A stretch of 32,000 nt of DNA from Alkalilimnicola ehrlichii MLHE-1 (GTDB lineage Bacteria > Pseudomonadota > Gammaproteobacteria > Nitrococcales > Halorhodospiraceae), in NCBI RefSeq assembly GCF_000014785.1, contig NC_008340.1, forward strand, positions 1,890,001-1,922,000. Direction: 5' to 3'. Below the pieces are notes generated by a model, which was not told where the DNA came from, did no database searches, and saw only the letters and a program-made list of their open reading frames with translations. Within the stretch, counting starts at the first letter, position 1; the number at the start of each line of letters is the position of its first letter. Position numbers and translations under genes: made by a program. Below are positions 1-7,852 of the stretch, piece after piece.

Positions 1-519
1 TACTTCGCCCTGCGCCACTTCGGCCATGACTCGGTAGCCTTGCTCGACGGCGGGGTCGCCGGCTGGATCGACGCCGGCCACGATTTCGCCACCCGGCAGC
101 TCCCCTTCGAGCCCGGTGATTTTCAGGCAGGCCCCGGCGACGCAACGTTGCTGGCCACCCGCGGACAGATCGAGGCGGGTGAGGCCGGGGCCCTGGTGGA
201 CGGCCGCTCTGGTGGCGAGTTCAGGGGGCTCCTGGACAGCAGCTCGGTGGCGGGCCGTGGGCACCTGCCCGGCGCGCTGCATATCCCCATGGGGGACCTG
301 GGGAGCAGTGGCCGCCCGGCCTACCTGCACGACACCGAGCGGCAGCAGGCCACCTTTTCCGCCGTGCCCGACGGCCCGCTGACGGTCTATTGCGACACCG
401 GTCGACGCGCCACGCTGCACTGGTTCGTGCTCAACGAACTGCTCGGGAAGCCGGCCCGGCTCTACGACGGCTCCCTGCACGAGTGGACCCACCAGGGCGG
501 CGACCTGGCCCGGCCCTGA
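1..519 (+). CDS. Rhodanese-domain sulfurtransferase (thiosulfate/3-mercaptopyruvate sulfurtransferase-like); 5' end lies outside the window
   Basis: The frame is open from base 1 (YFALRHFGHDSVALLDGG...), so track ORF 40..519 is only the tail starting at an internal TTG. A catalytic rhodanese loop YCDTGRRAT (CxxGxR) is followed by LYDGSLHEW near the C-terminus. Confidence 0.8.
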   Translation, partial: YFALRHFGHDSVALLDGGVAGWIDAGHDFATRQLPFEPGDFQAGPGDATLLATRGQIEAGEAGALVDGRSGGEFRGLLDSSSVAGRGHLPGALHIPMGDLGSSGRPAYLHDTERQQATFSAVPDGPLTVYCDTGRRATLHWFVLNELLGKPARLYDGSLHEWTHQGGDLARP

Positions 520-531
520 CCGACACTTCGG

Positions 532-569
532 CCCCTCATCCGGACCGGGGCGCTCATCCGGATGAGGGG
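532..569. terminator. Hairpin between convergent genes; candidate bidirectional terminator
   Basis: Perfect 13-bp stem, CCCCTCATCCGGA (532-544) pairing with TCCGGATGAGGGG (557-569), with a 12-nt loop. It lies in the 66-nt gap between the rhodanese stop (519) and the minus-strand DUF3050 stop (586). There is no clean U-tract. Confidence 0.45.
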
Positions 570-585
570 TCGCTACTTGTGCGCG

Positions 586-1374
586 TTATGCCTCGGCGGT
601 TCCCGCCGCGAGTGCCGCCTGCACCCCGTCCCAGAACCGGATGCGGGCATCCACCGCCTGCTGTGCCGCCGCCTCGGCCTCGGCATATCGATCCGGGTCC
701 CCCTCGCACAGGGCATCGAGTAGCTGCAGCGAGAGCGGACCGTGGAAGTCCGCGTCCAGATGGATGTGCCGGTTGAGGTAGTAGTGAAAGGTGGGCGCCT
801 GAGCCTCCGTCACACCCATGCGGGCGAGGAAGGCCCGAAACATACCGGGTATGATGTGCTCGCGGCCCAGCGCCAGGGCCGCTGCCACGCAGTGGGGGCG
901 ATCCTCACGGATAAAGCCGAAGGTGGTCTGCATAAACGTCCGCGCAGGCGCCGGCACCTCCGGCAGCGTCAGGGCCCGGTCGATGCCCGCCTCCGCGACC
1001 CGCTCCACAAAGGCCAGTGGGACACGGGTGTCCGCCCCCATCTCCCGCATGGCGTGGCAGTAAAGCTCGAAGTGGCTGGCGTGGCCCTGGGCACTGCCGG
1101 GGGGCGCCTCGTCCGACTCCTCCTCCTGCACCAGGCTGTTGATGAAATAGCGCAGGGGGCCCTGTCCTGGCACGGGCACCCAGGGATAGCTCGCAGGCGC
1201 CACCTGGTTCTGGAGGTATTTCACCAGGGACATGAAATCCCAGACCGAATAGATATGGTGCTCCATGAACCGGCAGAGCTGCTCGCGGGTCTCAATGGCG
1301 CCATAGACCGGATGGGCCTCCAGTCGGGTCTGGGCGGCCTCGATCACTTCGGGGCTGAAGGCGGTACGGGTCAT
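586..1374 (-). CDS. DUF3050 family protein (heme-oxygenase-like helical fold)
   Basis: 262 aa. Blocks FMEHHIYSVWDFMSLVKYLQ, SHFELY, GREHIIPGMF, YYLNRHIHLDADFHG and RIRFWDG match my recollection of DUF3050 (PF11251). The start ATG overlaps the upstream gene's stop (ATGA at 1374). Confidence 0.7.
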   Translation of the reverse strand: MTRTAFSPEVIEAAQTRLEAHPVYGAIETREQLCRFMEHHIYSVWDFMSLVKYLQNQVAPASYPWVPVPGQGPLRYFINSLVQEEESDEAPPGSAQGHASHFELYCHAMREMGADTRVPLAFVERVAEAGIDRALTLPEVPAPARTFMQTTFGFIREDRPHCVAAALALGREHIIPGMFRAFLARMGVTEAQAPTFHYYLNRHIHLDADFHGPLSLQLLDALCEGDPDRYAEAEAAAQQAVDARIRFWDGVQAALAAGTAEA

Positions 1375-1982
1375 CAGCGGTTCTCCTCACGGTTCACTTG
1401 GGGGTCCGATTCGGCGGCTGCCGGCGCCCCGGAAATCAGCGGCTCCAGCAGTTCACCGATGGCCTTGTGCAGGCGCTCGGCCATGGCCGGCCCCTCCACC
1501 TCGGTCAACTGAGCGTGGAGCCAGACATCGTCCTCGTGGCCGGCCGCGCGCCCGCCCAGGGCCCCGAGGCAATTGAAGGCGGCGTAACCCGGCATCTCAC
1601 CGTCATAGCCGGCACGCGCATAGGTGGCCAGCCGTTCGTGGGCCCGGCGCACCAGGGCCACCCCGGCCTCCGGGTCGGCCACGCTCTCGGCGGCGCCGCT
1701 GCTCATGCGCTCGACCATGGCGGCCACCAGCCGGCGGCGGTGGTCGTCGTCCACACCGCGCAGCCAGGCGAGCCGGTCCACCATCTGCACGGCGAACAGG
1801 GCCAGCTCCTCCACCAGCGCCAGATGCCCACCGGCACGATCAGTCACCGGCCCATGCTCCGAGATATCGCGCACGGTTTGCGTTGCCATGCGCCAAGCCA
1901 GCATGGCGGCGGCCCCTCCCACCTGCTCCGGGTCGCGCGTTTGGCCGTGGCGGAACCAACGGGTCTTCATCCTCATCGCCAT
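1374..1982 (-). CDS. Hypothetical protein (202 aa, predicted all-helical); no family recognised
   Basis: ORF with high third-position GC. It is translationally coupled on both sides: it starts 3 nt after the Cas6-like stop, and its stop overlaps the DUF3050 start. Confidence 0.55.
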   Translation of the reverse strand: MAMRMKTRWFRHGQTRDPEQVGGAAAMLAWRMATQTVRDISEHGPVTDRAGGHLALVEELALFAVQMVDRLAWLRGVDDDHRRRLVAAMVERMSSGAAESVADPEAGVALVRRAHERLATYARAGYDGEMPGYAAFNCLGALGGRAAGHEDDVWLHAQLTEVEGPAMAERLHKAIGELLEPLISGAPAAAESDPQVNREENR

Positions 1983-1985
1983 GCG

Positions 1986-2654
1986 CTATTCCACCTCCGT
2001 CACCGACTTGTGTGGCATGAACAGGCCACAGCCCCAAAGGCCGCCGTCCCCCAGACCGCGGGACTGCAAACGATAGCTCCCTTCAGGCCCCATCTCGGCG
2101 ACCATCAGGCTGCGCAATGTCACCGGCCCCCACCGGGTCTGCAGGGTCTGCCGGCGGCCGCACAGCATCTTGCGCGGTTTGACCCCCATCGCCGCCAGTC
2201 GGCGCGCCACCGCCTCCATGAACTCGGCCTCGTCCTCTTCCGGGTGAACCAGCGGCACCACCCGGCTGGCGTAGAGCGTCTCCACTTGCTGCAGCTCCCG
2301 CACCCGTCCCCGAGCCAGCCGACAGGCCTCGCCGTCCACCTCAAAGGCGGTGCCCGAAAGGGCCAGCGCCGCCCGGGCGCGGTCCCGTGGCACCCGCAGC
2401 AGCAATTGCACCCGGCGCGAGAGGTAGATGGGCTGGCCCTCGCCCCGGTGCCAGCCATTGCCGCTGACCGGCAAATGCAACACCTTGACGCCGAAACCGG
2501 GCAGGCGGCTGAAATCGGCGAGCGGGTCGGCCAGCGCCTCGGCCAGGGCCGGGGCGTAATCCGCGGGCAGACTGTGCCCCTCCAGCCGAAAGGTGACGTC
2601 CACGGCCTCCGCAGGACCGGGCGCGGGGGTGGACTCATCGGTCTCCCAGTACAT
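1986..2654 (-). CDS. Cas6/Cmx6-like RAMP protein (type I-MYXAN Cas6 family-like), orphan
   Basis: The N-terminus VDVTFRLEGHSLPADYAPALAEAL resembles Cmx6-type Cas6. The C-terminal glycine-rich loop GLGDGGLWGCG fits the Cas6 GhGxxxxxGhG signature and is followed by LFMPHK. The preferred start is ATG 2654 (MYWETDE): GGGAGGG lies upstream and the ATG is 2 nt after the upstream stop. The track start 2693 is an upstream alternative. Confidence 0.6.
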   Translation of the reverse strand: MYWETDESTPAPGPAEAVDVTFRLEGHSLPADYAPALAEALADPLADFSRLPGFGVKVLHLPVSGNGWHRGEGQPIYLSRRVQLLLRVPRDRARAALALSGTAFEVDGEACRLARGRVRELQQVETLYASRVVPLVHPEEDEAEFMEAVARRLAAMGVKPRKMLCGRRQTLQTRWGPVTLRSLMVAEMGPEGSYRLQSRGLGDGGLWGCGLFMPHKSVTEVE

Positions 2655-2656
2655 GC

Positions 2657-2899
2657 TCACCCTCCCTTCGCCCGGGCCCAGGCCTGCAGCCACTGAGCCA
2701 TCTCCAGGGCCATCTCCTCGGTCAACTCCACATCGGTGAAGCGCCTTCCCTGGCGCAAACGTATGCGCAGCATCGGCAACCCACCGGGGTGGGTGACCGC
2801 CTGCAACTCGCAGTCGGCACCCCAGGCCAGGGATAACTCATGCAGGGTCTTTACACCCCCCTCCTCCGGAAGGTCGTGCTCCTTACCATTAAGCATCAT
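2657..2899 (-). CDS. Small hypothetical protein (80 aa)
   Basis: The ATG at 2899 overlaps the TauD-like stop codon (ATGATG/TGA overlap). It ends KGG-TGA 2 nt before the Cas6-like ATG. No family recognised. The track's longer start (2941) would overlap the TauD-like gene by 46 nt. Confidence 0.5.
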   Translation of the reverse strand: MMLNGKEHDLPEEGGVKTLHELSLAWGADCELQAVTHPGGLPMLRIRLRQGRRFTDVELTEEMALEMAQWLQAWARAKGG

Positions 2900-3765
2900 G
2901 TCGCCATCACCCTCTCGTGATACCGCGCCCGGAACAGGCAACGGCCCGGGCCATCCGTGGGGTCAACGAAGCCGGTACGGGTGTGCAGCACGTTATTGCA
3001 GATCAGCCCCTCACCCGGCGCCAGCCGGTGCTCCAGGACCCACGGGGACAGGTGGTCCAACATCTCGCGGAGCACCACGGAGGCCTCGGCAGGCCCATCC
3101 GGCGCCCAGCGTATGCTGCGGGTGCGCGCGGTATAACGCATATGCAGCCCGGTGGGCTCGAGCAGGAAAACGGGCCCACTGCGGTCGCCCTGCTCGGGGG
3201 CACGCGGGTCCGGCGGGATGGTCATGGCCCGGGGGTGCTGCAGGGCCTTCAGGGCATCGGGCCGGGAGACGGCGAGGGCCTGCCAGACCAGCCGGTGATC
3301 CAGCAGGCGGTTGACACCGCCCTCCCGGGCCGGGCGCACGCAATGCAGGATCAGTCCGCGCACCCGGCGCTCTGGCGGATTGTAGTAGCCATCGGTGTGC
3401 CAGTTGATCGGGCGGTCGGTGTAGGGGATGTACTCCGCACGCCGCTCGCCCGCGGGCGCCTGCATCAAAGTGCTGACCCCATCCTCCCGGACCAGCGGAT
3501 GGCGATCCAGGGTCCGCAGCCCCAGTTGCTCGCCCAGTGCGACCACCTGCGCCGGCGTCTGCAGCCGCCCCGGACCGGTCCGGTATAACGCCATACCGGC
3601 CTGCCGGCAGCGCGCCTGCAGCGCCCGACGCTCTCCCGTGCTGAGCCGGGAGGGGTCGCGAATCTCCACAAAGGGTGAATCCAGAAACCGCTGGTAACCG
3701 TCGAGGTAATCGTCCAGCAGGGCGGAGCGGCCGGCGAGCGGCGGCTTGTCGGCGATGGTGGCCAT
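2896..3765 (-). CDS. TauD/TfdA-family Fe(II)/2-oxoglutarate-dependent dioxygenase
   Basis: INWHTDGYY carries the HxD facial-triad motif, and ICNNVLHTRTGF carries the distal His, as in TauD-type enzymes. The preferred start is ATG 3765 (MATIADKPP), preceded by GGAGG. The track start at 3798 is a GTG inside a palindrome. Confidence 0.8.
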   Translation of the reverse strand: MATIADKPPLAGRSALLDDYLDGYQRFLDSPFVEIRDPSRLSTGERRALQARCRQAGMALYRTGPGRLQTPAQVVALGEQLGLRTLDRHPLVREDGVSTLMQAPAGERRAEYIPYTDRPINWHTDGYYNPPERRVRGLILHCVRPAREGGVNRLLDHRLVWQALAVSRPDALKALQHPRAMTIPPDPRAPEQGDRSGPVFLLEPTGLHMRYTARTRSIRWAPDGPAEASVVLREMLDHLSPWVLEHRLAPGEGLICNNVLHTRTGFVDPTDGPGRCLFRARYHERVMAT

Positions 3766-3827
3766 CGGGCACCTCCGGGCTGTGAGCCTTAAGGTCACAC
3801 CTTAATCAAGGGCACGAGGCCACTGCA

Positions 3828-3843
3828 TATCCCCTTTGGGATA
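3828..3843. promoter_or_regulatory. Palindromic operator candidate TATCCC-CTTT-GGGATA in the divergent TauD-operon/dsrA control region
   Basis: Perfect 6-nt inverted arms with a 4-nt spacer. The identical 16-mer recurs at 22755-22770. It lies 62 nt upstream of the TauD-like ATG and 144 nt upstream of the dsrA ATG. Confidence 0.45.
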
Positions 3844-3987
3844 CAGCCCCGATCAGCCGCATCCATCAATGGATATTTTACCGCCGGGTAGGGCTGCGTA
3901 GGTTAAGCATTGTTGAATACATCGACAGCGACCGTGCGCCAGCTCGCCTGCTGGCCGCAAAAACGGTGACGGAGGAGAGGCAGCGCC

Positions 3988-5259
3988 ATGGCCACTAAGA
4001 AGTCTCACGACACACCGAATCTCGATCAACTGGAAAGCGGCCCCTGGCCCAGTTTTGTCACCGGCCTGAAGCACCTGGCCGAGGACAAACCCATGATCAA
4101 CGACCTCCTGGGTCAGCTGGAGACCAGCTACCAGGACCGCAAGGGTTACTGGAAGGGCGGCACCGTCAGTGTCTATGGCTACGGGGGCGGGATCATCCCC
4201 CGCTTCACCGAGCTAAAGGACGAGAACGGCAAGGCGAAGTTCCCTGACGCCGCCGAGTTCCACACCATGCGCGTGATGCCGCCGGCCGGCATGCACTACA
4301 ACACCGAGATCGTCCGCAAGCTCTGTGACATCTGGGAGAAGTACGGCTCCGGCCTGATCGCCATGCACGGTCAGAGTGGCGACATCATGTTCCAGGGTAT
4401 CGACACCGAGAACATCCAGGCCTGCTTCGACGAGATGAACGAGCTGGGCTTCGACCTCGGTGGCGCCGGCCCGGCGGTCCGTACCGGCATGTCCTGCGCC
4501 GGTGCCGCCCGCTGCGAGCAGTCCTGCTTCAACGAGCAGCACCTGCACCGCAAGCTGGTCAACAACTTCCTCGACGACATGCACCGCCCGGCCCTGCCCT
4601 ACAAGTTCAAATTCAAGGTCTCGGGCTGCCCCAACGACTGCATGAACTCCATCGAGCGCGCCGACTTTGCCGCCATCGGCACCTGGCGGGACGACATGCA
4701 GGTGGACCAGGAGGAGGTCAAGGCCTTCGTCGCCCGCAAGGGCCGCAAGTATGTGGTGGACAACGTCATCAGCCGCTGCCCCACCAACGCCCTGAGCCTC
4801 AACGACGACGACACCCTGGATGTGGACAACGGTAGCTGCGTGCGCTGCATGCACTGCCTCAACGTCATGAACAAGGCGCTCAGCCCGGGCAAGGACCGGG
4901 GCATGACCCTGCTCATCGGCGGCAAACGCACCCTCAAGATCGGCGACCTTTTCGGCACCGTGGTGGCGCCCTTCCTGCCCCTGAACACCGAAGAGGACTA
5001 CGACCGGGTGGTGGAGATCGCCGAGGAGATCATCGACTTCTTCGCCGAGAACGCCCTGGAGCACGAGCGTACCGGCGAGATGATCGAGCGCATCGGCCTG
5101 GTCAACTTCCTGGAAGGCGTCGGCCTGGAGGTGGACCCGAACATGGTCCGCCACCCGCGCACCGTCTCCTACGTCCGCATGGACGACTGGGATGAGGAAG
5201 CCGAGAAGTGGTTCCGGCGCAAGCAGATGGAATCCGAGACCGGCAAGGCCGCCGAGTAA
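3988..5259 (+). CDS. dsrA: Reverse dissimilatory sulfite reductase alpha subunit
   Basis: The N-terminus LDQLESGPWPSFVTG...RKGYWKGGTVSVYGYGGGIIPRFTE is near-identical in pattern to Allochromatium vinosum DsrA. It has a ferredoxin-like Cys cluster (CPTNA...CVRCMHC). An RBS GGAGGAGAGG lies upstream. Confidence 0.95.
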   Translation: MATKKSHDTPNLDQLESGPWPSFVTGLKHLAEDKPMINDLLGQLETSYQDRKGYWKGGTVSVYGYGGGIIPRFTELKDENGKAKFPDAAEFHTMRVMPPAGMHYNTEIVRKLCDIWEKYGSGLIAMHGQSGDIMFQGIDTENIQACFDEMNELGFDLGGAGPAVRTGMSCAGAARCEQSCFNEQHLHRKLVNNFLDDMHRPALPYKFKFKVSGCPNDCMNSIERADFAAIGTWRDDMQVDQEEVKAFVARKGRKYVVDNVISRCPTNALSLNDDDTLDVDNGSCVRCMHCLNVMNKALSPGKDRGMTLLIGGKRTLKIGDLFGTVVAPFLPLNTEEDYDRVVEIAEEIIDFFAENALEHERTGEMIERIGLVNFLEGVGLEVDPNMVRHPRTVSYVRMDDWDEEAEKWFRRKQMESETGKAAE

Positions 5260-5292
5260 GCCCCGAGCGACAGGTTAGCGAGGACGAGAGAA

Positions 5293-6375
5293 ATGGCTGA
5301 ACCCGCAGCAAAACCGCGTACCCCTATCGAGAGCGGGGTACCCGATCCGTTCCAGTACATGCACCCGACCACGATCCGCAACTTTGGCCAGTGGAAATAC
5401 CACGAGCGGCCGCAGCCCGGGGTGCTCAAGCACGTGGCCGAGTCCGGCGAGGCCCTCTACACGGTGCGCGCCGGCACCCAGCGCCAGATGGATCTGGCCA
5501 CCGTGCGCAAGCTCTGCGATATCGCCGACGAGTTCGCGGAGGGCCACTTCCGCTTCACCATCCGCTCCAACATCGAGTACCTGGTGGCGGACGAGGCCAA
5601 GGTGCAGCCGTTGATCGACAAGCTGCGCGCCGAGGGCTTCCCGGTGGGCGGGACCGGCCCCTCCGTGGCCATGATCAGCCACACCCAGGGCTGGCTGCAC
5701 TGTGACATCCCAGGCACCGACGCCTCCGGTGTTGTCAAGGCCCTGATGGACGAGTTGCACGACGAGTTCGTCCGCGAGGACATGCCCAACCGGGTGCACA
5801 TCACCACCTCCTGCTGCCAGATCAACTGCGGCGGCCAGGGCGACATCGCGATCAACATCCAGCACACCAAGCCGCCGAAGATCAACCACGATCTGGTGGC
5901 CAACGTCTGCGAGCGCCCCTCGGTGGTGGCCCGCTGCCCGGTGGCGGCCATTCGCCCGGCGCTGGTCAACGGTAAGCCGTCGCTGGAGGTGGACGAGCAG
6001 AAGTGCATCTGCTGCGGCGCCTGCTATCCGCCCTGTCCCCCCATGGAGATCAACGACCCGGAGCACTCCAAACTGGCGATCTGGATCGGGGGCAACCACT
6101 CCAACGCCCGTGGCGCGCCCACCTTCCACAAGCTGGTCTGTTCCGGGCTGCCCAACAACCCGCCGCGTTGGCCGGAGGTGGCCGAGGTGGTCAAGAAGAT
6201 CCTCCACGTCTACCGCGAGGACGCCCGCGACTATGAGCGGGTGGGCGAGTGGGTGGAGCGCATCGGCTGGCCGCGCTTCTTCGAGCTCACCAACCTGCCG
6301 TTCACCAAGTTCCACATCGAGAACTGGCGCGGCTCCCGGCAAACCCTCAATGCCTCTGCGCATGTGCGCTTCTAA
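5293..6375 (+). CDS. dsrB: Reverse dissimilatory sulfite reductase beta subunit
   Basis: 360 aa immediately after dsrA. It has siroheme/FeS Cys motifs (TTSCCQINCGG, CPVAAI, CICCGACYPPCP). Confidence 0.95.
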   Translation: MAEPAAKPRTPIESGVPDPFQYMHPTTIRNFGQWKYHERPQPGVLKHVAESGEALYTVRAGTQRQMDLATVRKLCDIADEFAEGHFRFTIRSNIEYLVADEAKVQPLIDKLRAEGFPVGGTGPSVAMISHTQGWLHCDIPGTDASGVVKALMDELHDEFVREDMPNRVHITTSCCQINCGGQGDIAINIQHTKPPKINHDLVANVCERPSVVARCPVAAIRPALVNGKPSLEVDEQKCICCGACYPPCPPMEINDPEHSKLAIWIGGNHSNARGAPTFHKLVCSGLPNNPPRWPEVAEVVKKILHVYREDARDYERVGEWVERIGWPRFFELTNLPFTKFHIENWRGSRQTLNASAHVRF

Positions 6376-6387
6376 GCGGGAGGTGGC

Positions 6388-6747
6388 ATGAAATTCGGAA
6401 TCCTGGTCAATGAAGGGCCCTACCAGCACCAGGCCGCGGACAGCGCCTACCTGTTCGCCAAGGCGGCCTTGGAGATGGGGCACGAAGTGCCGCGGGTGTT
6501 CTTCTACATGGACGGCGTGAACAACGCCAACAAGCTGCAGGAGCCGCAGCAGGACGACCGCAACGTGGTGCAGCGCTGGTCGGAGCTGGCCGAGAGCCAC
6601 GAGGTGGACCTGGTGGTCTGTGTCGCGGCCGCCCTGCGCCGCGGCATCAAGGACGAGATCCTCGCCCCGGGGTTTCGCATCTCCGGGCTGGGCCAGCTGG
6701 TGGAAATCGGGGTCGAGGCGGACCGCCTGGTGACCTTCGGCGACTGA
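6388..6747 (+). CDS. dsrE: Sulfurtransferase DsrE (TusD-like)
   Basis: MKFGILVNEGPYQHQAADSAY... DsrE/TusD fold, with the conserved active-site Cys in DLVVCVAAALRRGI. Gene order is dsrEFH. Confidence 0.9.
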   Translation: MKFGILVNEGPYQHQAADSAYLFAKAALEMGHEVPRVFFYMDGVNNANKLQEPQQDDRNVVQRWSELAESHEVDLVVCVAAALRRGIKDEILAPGFRISGLGQLVEIGVEADRLVTFGD

Positions 6748-6763
6748 ACGGGAGGACAACCCA

Positions 6764-7150
6764 ATGGATGAATTTGAGGACGATGCCGGCGTGATCAAGC
6801 GCTTCATGTTCGTCAACCGCAAGGCGCCGCACGGCACCATCTACGCCCTGGAATCCCTGGAGGTGGTGCTGATCAGCGCCGCCTTCGACCAGGACGTCAG
6901 CCTCGCCTTCCTGGACGACGGCGTCTACCAGCTGCGCAAGGACCAGGACCCGGCCGCGGTGGACATGAAGAACTTCTCGCGCACCTACCGCGCCCTGGAG
7001 GGCTACGACATCGAGAAGCTCTACGTCTGCAAGGACTCGCTGGCGGAACGCGGCCTGACGGAAGAGGACCTGGTGGTGGACGTGGAGGTGCTGGATCGCG
7101 CCGCCATGGCCAGAACAATGGCCGAGCAGGACGTGGTCCTGTCTTTCTAA
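6764..7150 (+). CDS. dsrF: DsrF (TusC-like)
   Basis: 128 aa, KRFMFVNRKAPHGT... TusC-like, in the position between dsrE and dsrH. Confidence 0.88.
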   Translation: MDEFEDDAGVIKRFMFVNRKAPHGTIYALESLEVVLISAAFDQDVSLAFLDDGVYQLRKDQDPAAVDMKNFSRTYRALEGYDIEKLYVCKDSLAERGLTEEDLVVDVEVLDRAAMARTMAEQDVVLSF

Positions 7151-7163
7151 GGGAGTGGGAAAG

Positions 7164-7463
7164 ATGCTGCACACCGTCAACAAATCCCCGTTTCGGACCA
7201 ACGACCTGCAGAGCTGCCTGCGGCACCTCGGCGACGGCGCCCTGCTGCTCATTGAGGATGCCGTATACGCGGCCACGCCGGGCACCCGGGTGGCGGACCA
7301 AGTGGAACAGGTCGCCTCCCAGAACGCGGTTTACGTATTGGCCAACGACCTGCAGGCCCGCGGGGTCTCCCAGGACCAACTGATCCCGGGCGTCAAGCCG
7401 GTGGACTACCAGGGTTTCGTCGAACTCGTGGTCGAGCACGGTACCCCGCAGGCCTGGCTGTAA
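7164..7463 (+). CDS. dsrH: DsrH (TusB-like)
   Basis: MLHTVNKSPF...LQSCLRHL...VQAWL-type ends match A. vinosum DsrH. ATG 7164 with GGGAG 7 nt upstream is preferred over the track's GTG at 7155. Confidence 0.88.
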   Translation: MLHTVNKSPFRTNDLQSCLRHLGDGALLLIEDAVYAATPGTRVADQVEQVASQNAVYVLANDLQARGVSQDQLIPGVKPVDYQGFVELVVEHGTPQAWL

Positions 7464-7519
7464 CGGAAACCCATCGATCAATCACATCACGCGCTGAACG
7501 ACAGCCAACGGAGGAAACC

Positions 7520-7852
7520 ATGGCGATTGAAGTCAACGGCACCACCATCGAGACCGACGAGGAAGGCTACCTCACCAATCTGGAGGAATGGAGCCCGGAG
7601 CTGGCCGAGCTCATGGCCCAGGAGGACGACCTGGAGCTGACCGAGAACCACTGGGAGGTCATCAACTTCCTGCGTGAGTACTACGAGGAATACCAGATCG
7701 CACCGGCGATCCGGGTGCTGACCAAGCAGATCGGCAAGCGTTTCGGCAAGGAGAAGGGCAACAGCAAGTACCTCTACGAGCTGTTCCCCTACGGCCCGGC
7801 CAAGCAGGCCTGCCGCTACGCCGGCCTGCCCAAGCCCACGGGCTGTGTGTAA
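7520..7852 (+). CDS. dsrC: DsrC sulfur-carrier protein
   Basis: 110 aa. The C-terminal arm AKQACRYAGLPKPTGCV carries both conserved cysteines (penultimate Cys and Cys 10 residues upstream), which are diagnostic for bona fide DsrC. Confidence 0.95.
   Translation: MAIEVNGTTIETDEEGYLTNLEEWSPELAELMAQEDDLELTENHWEVINFLREYYEEYQIAPAIRVLTKQIGKRFGKEKGNSKYLYELFPYGPAKQACRYAGLPKPTGCV

Noticed and set aside
6745-6757. 13-nt repeat CTGAACGGGAGGAC at the dsrE/dsrF junction and again at the YbiB-like/dsrN junction (15866-15878)
   Set aside because: Both are a stop codon (TGA) followed by a GGGAGGA ribosome-binding site. This is convergence of translation signals rather than a repeat element.
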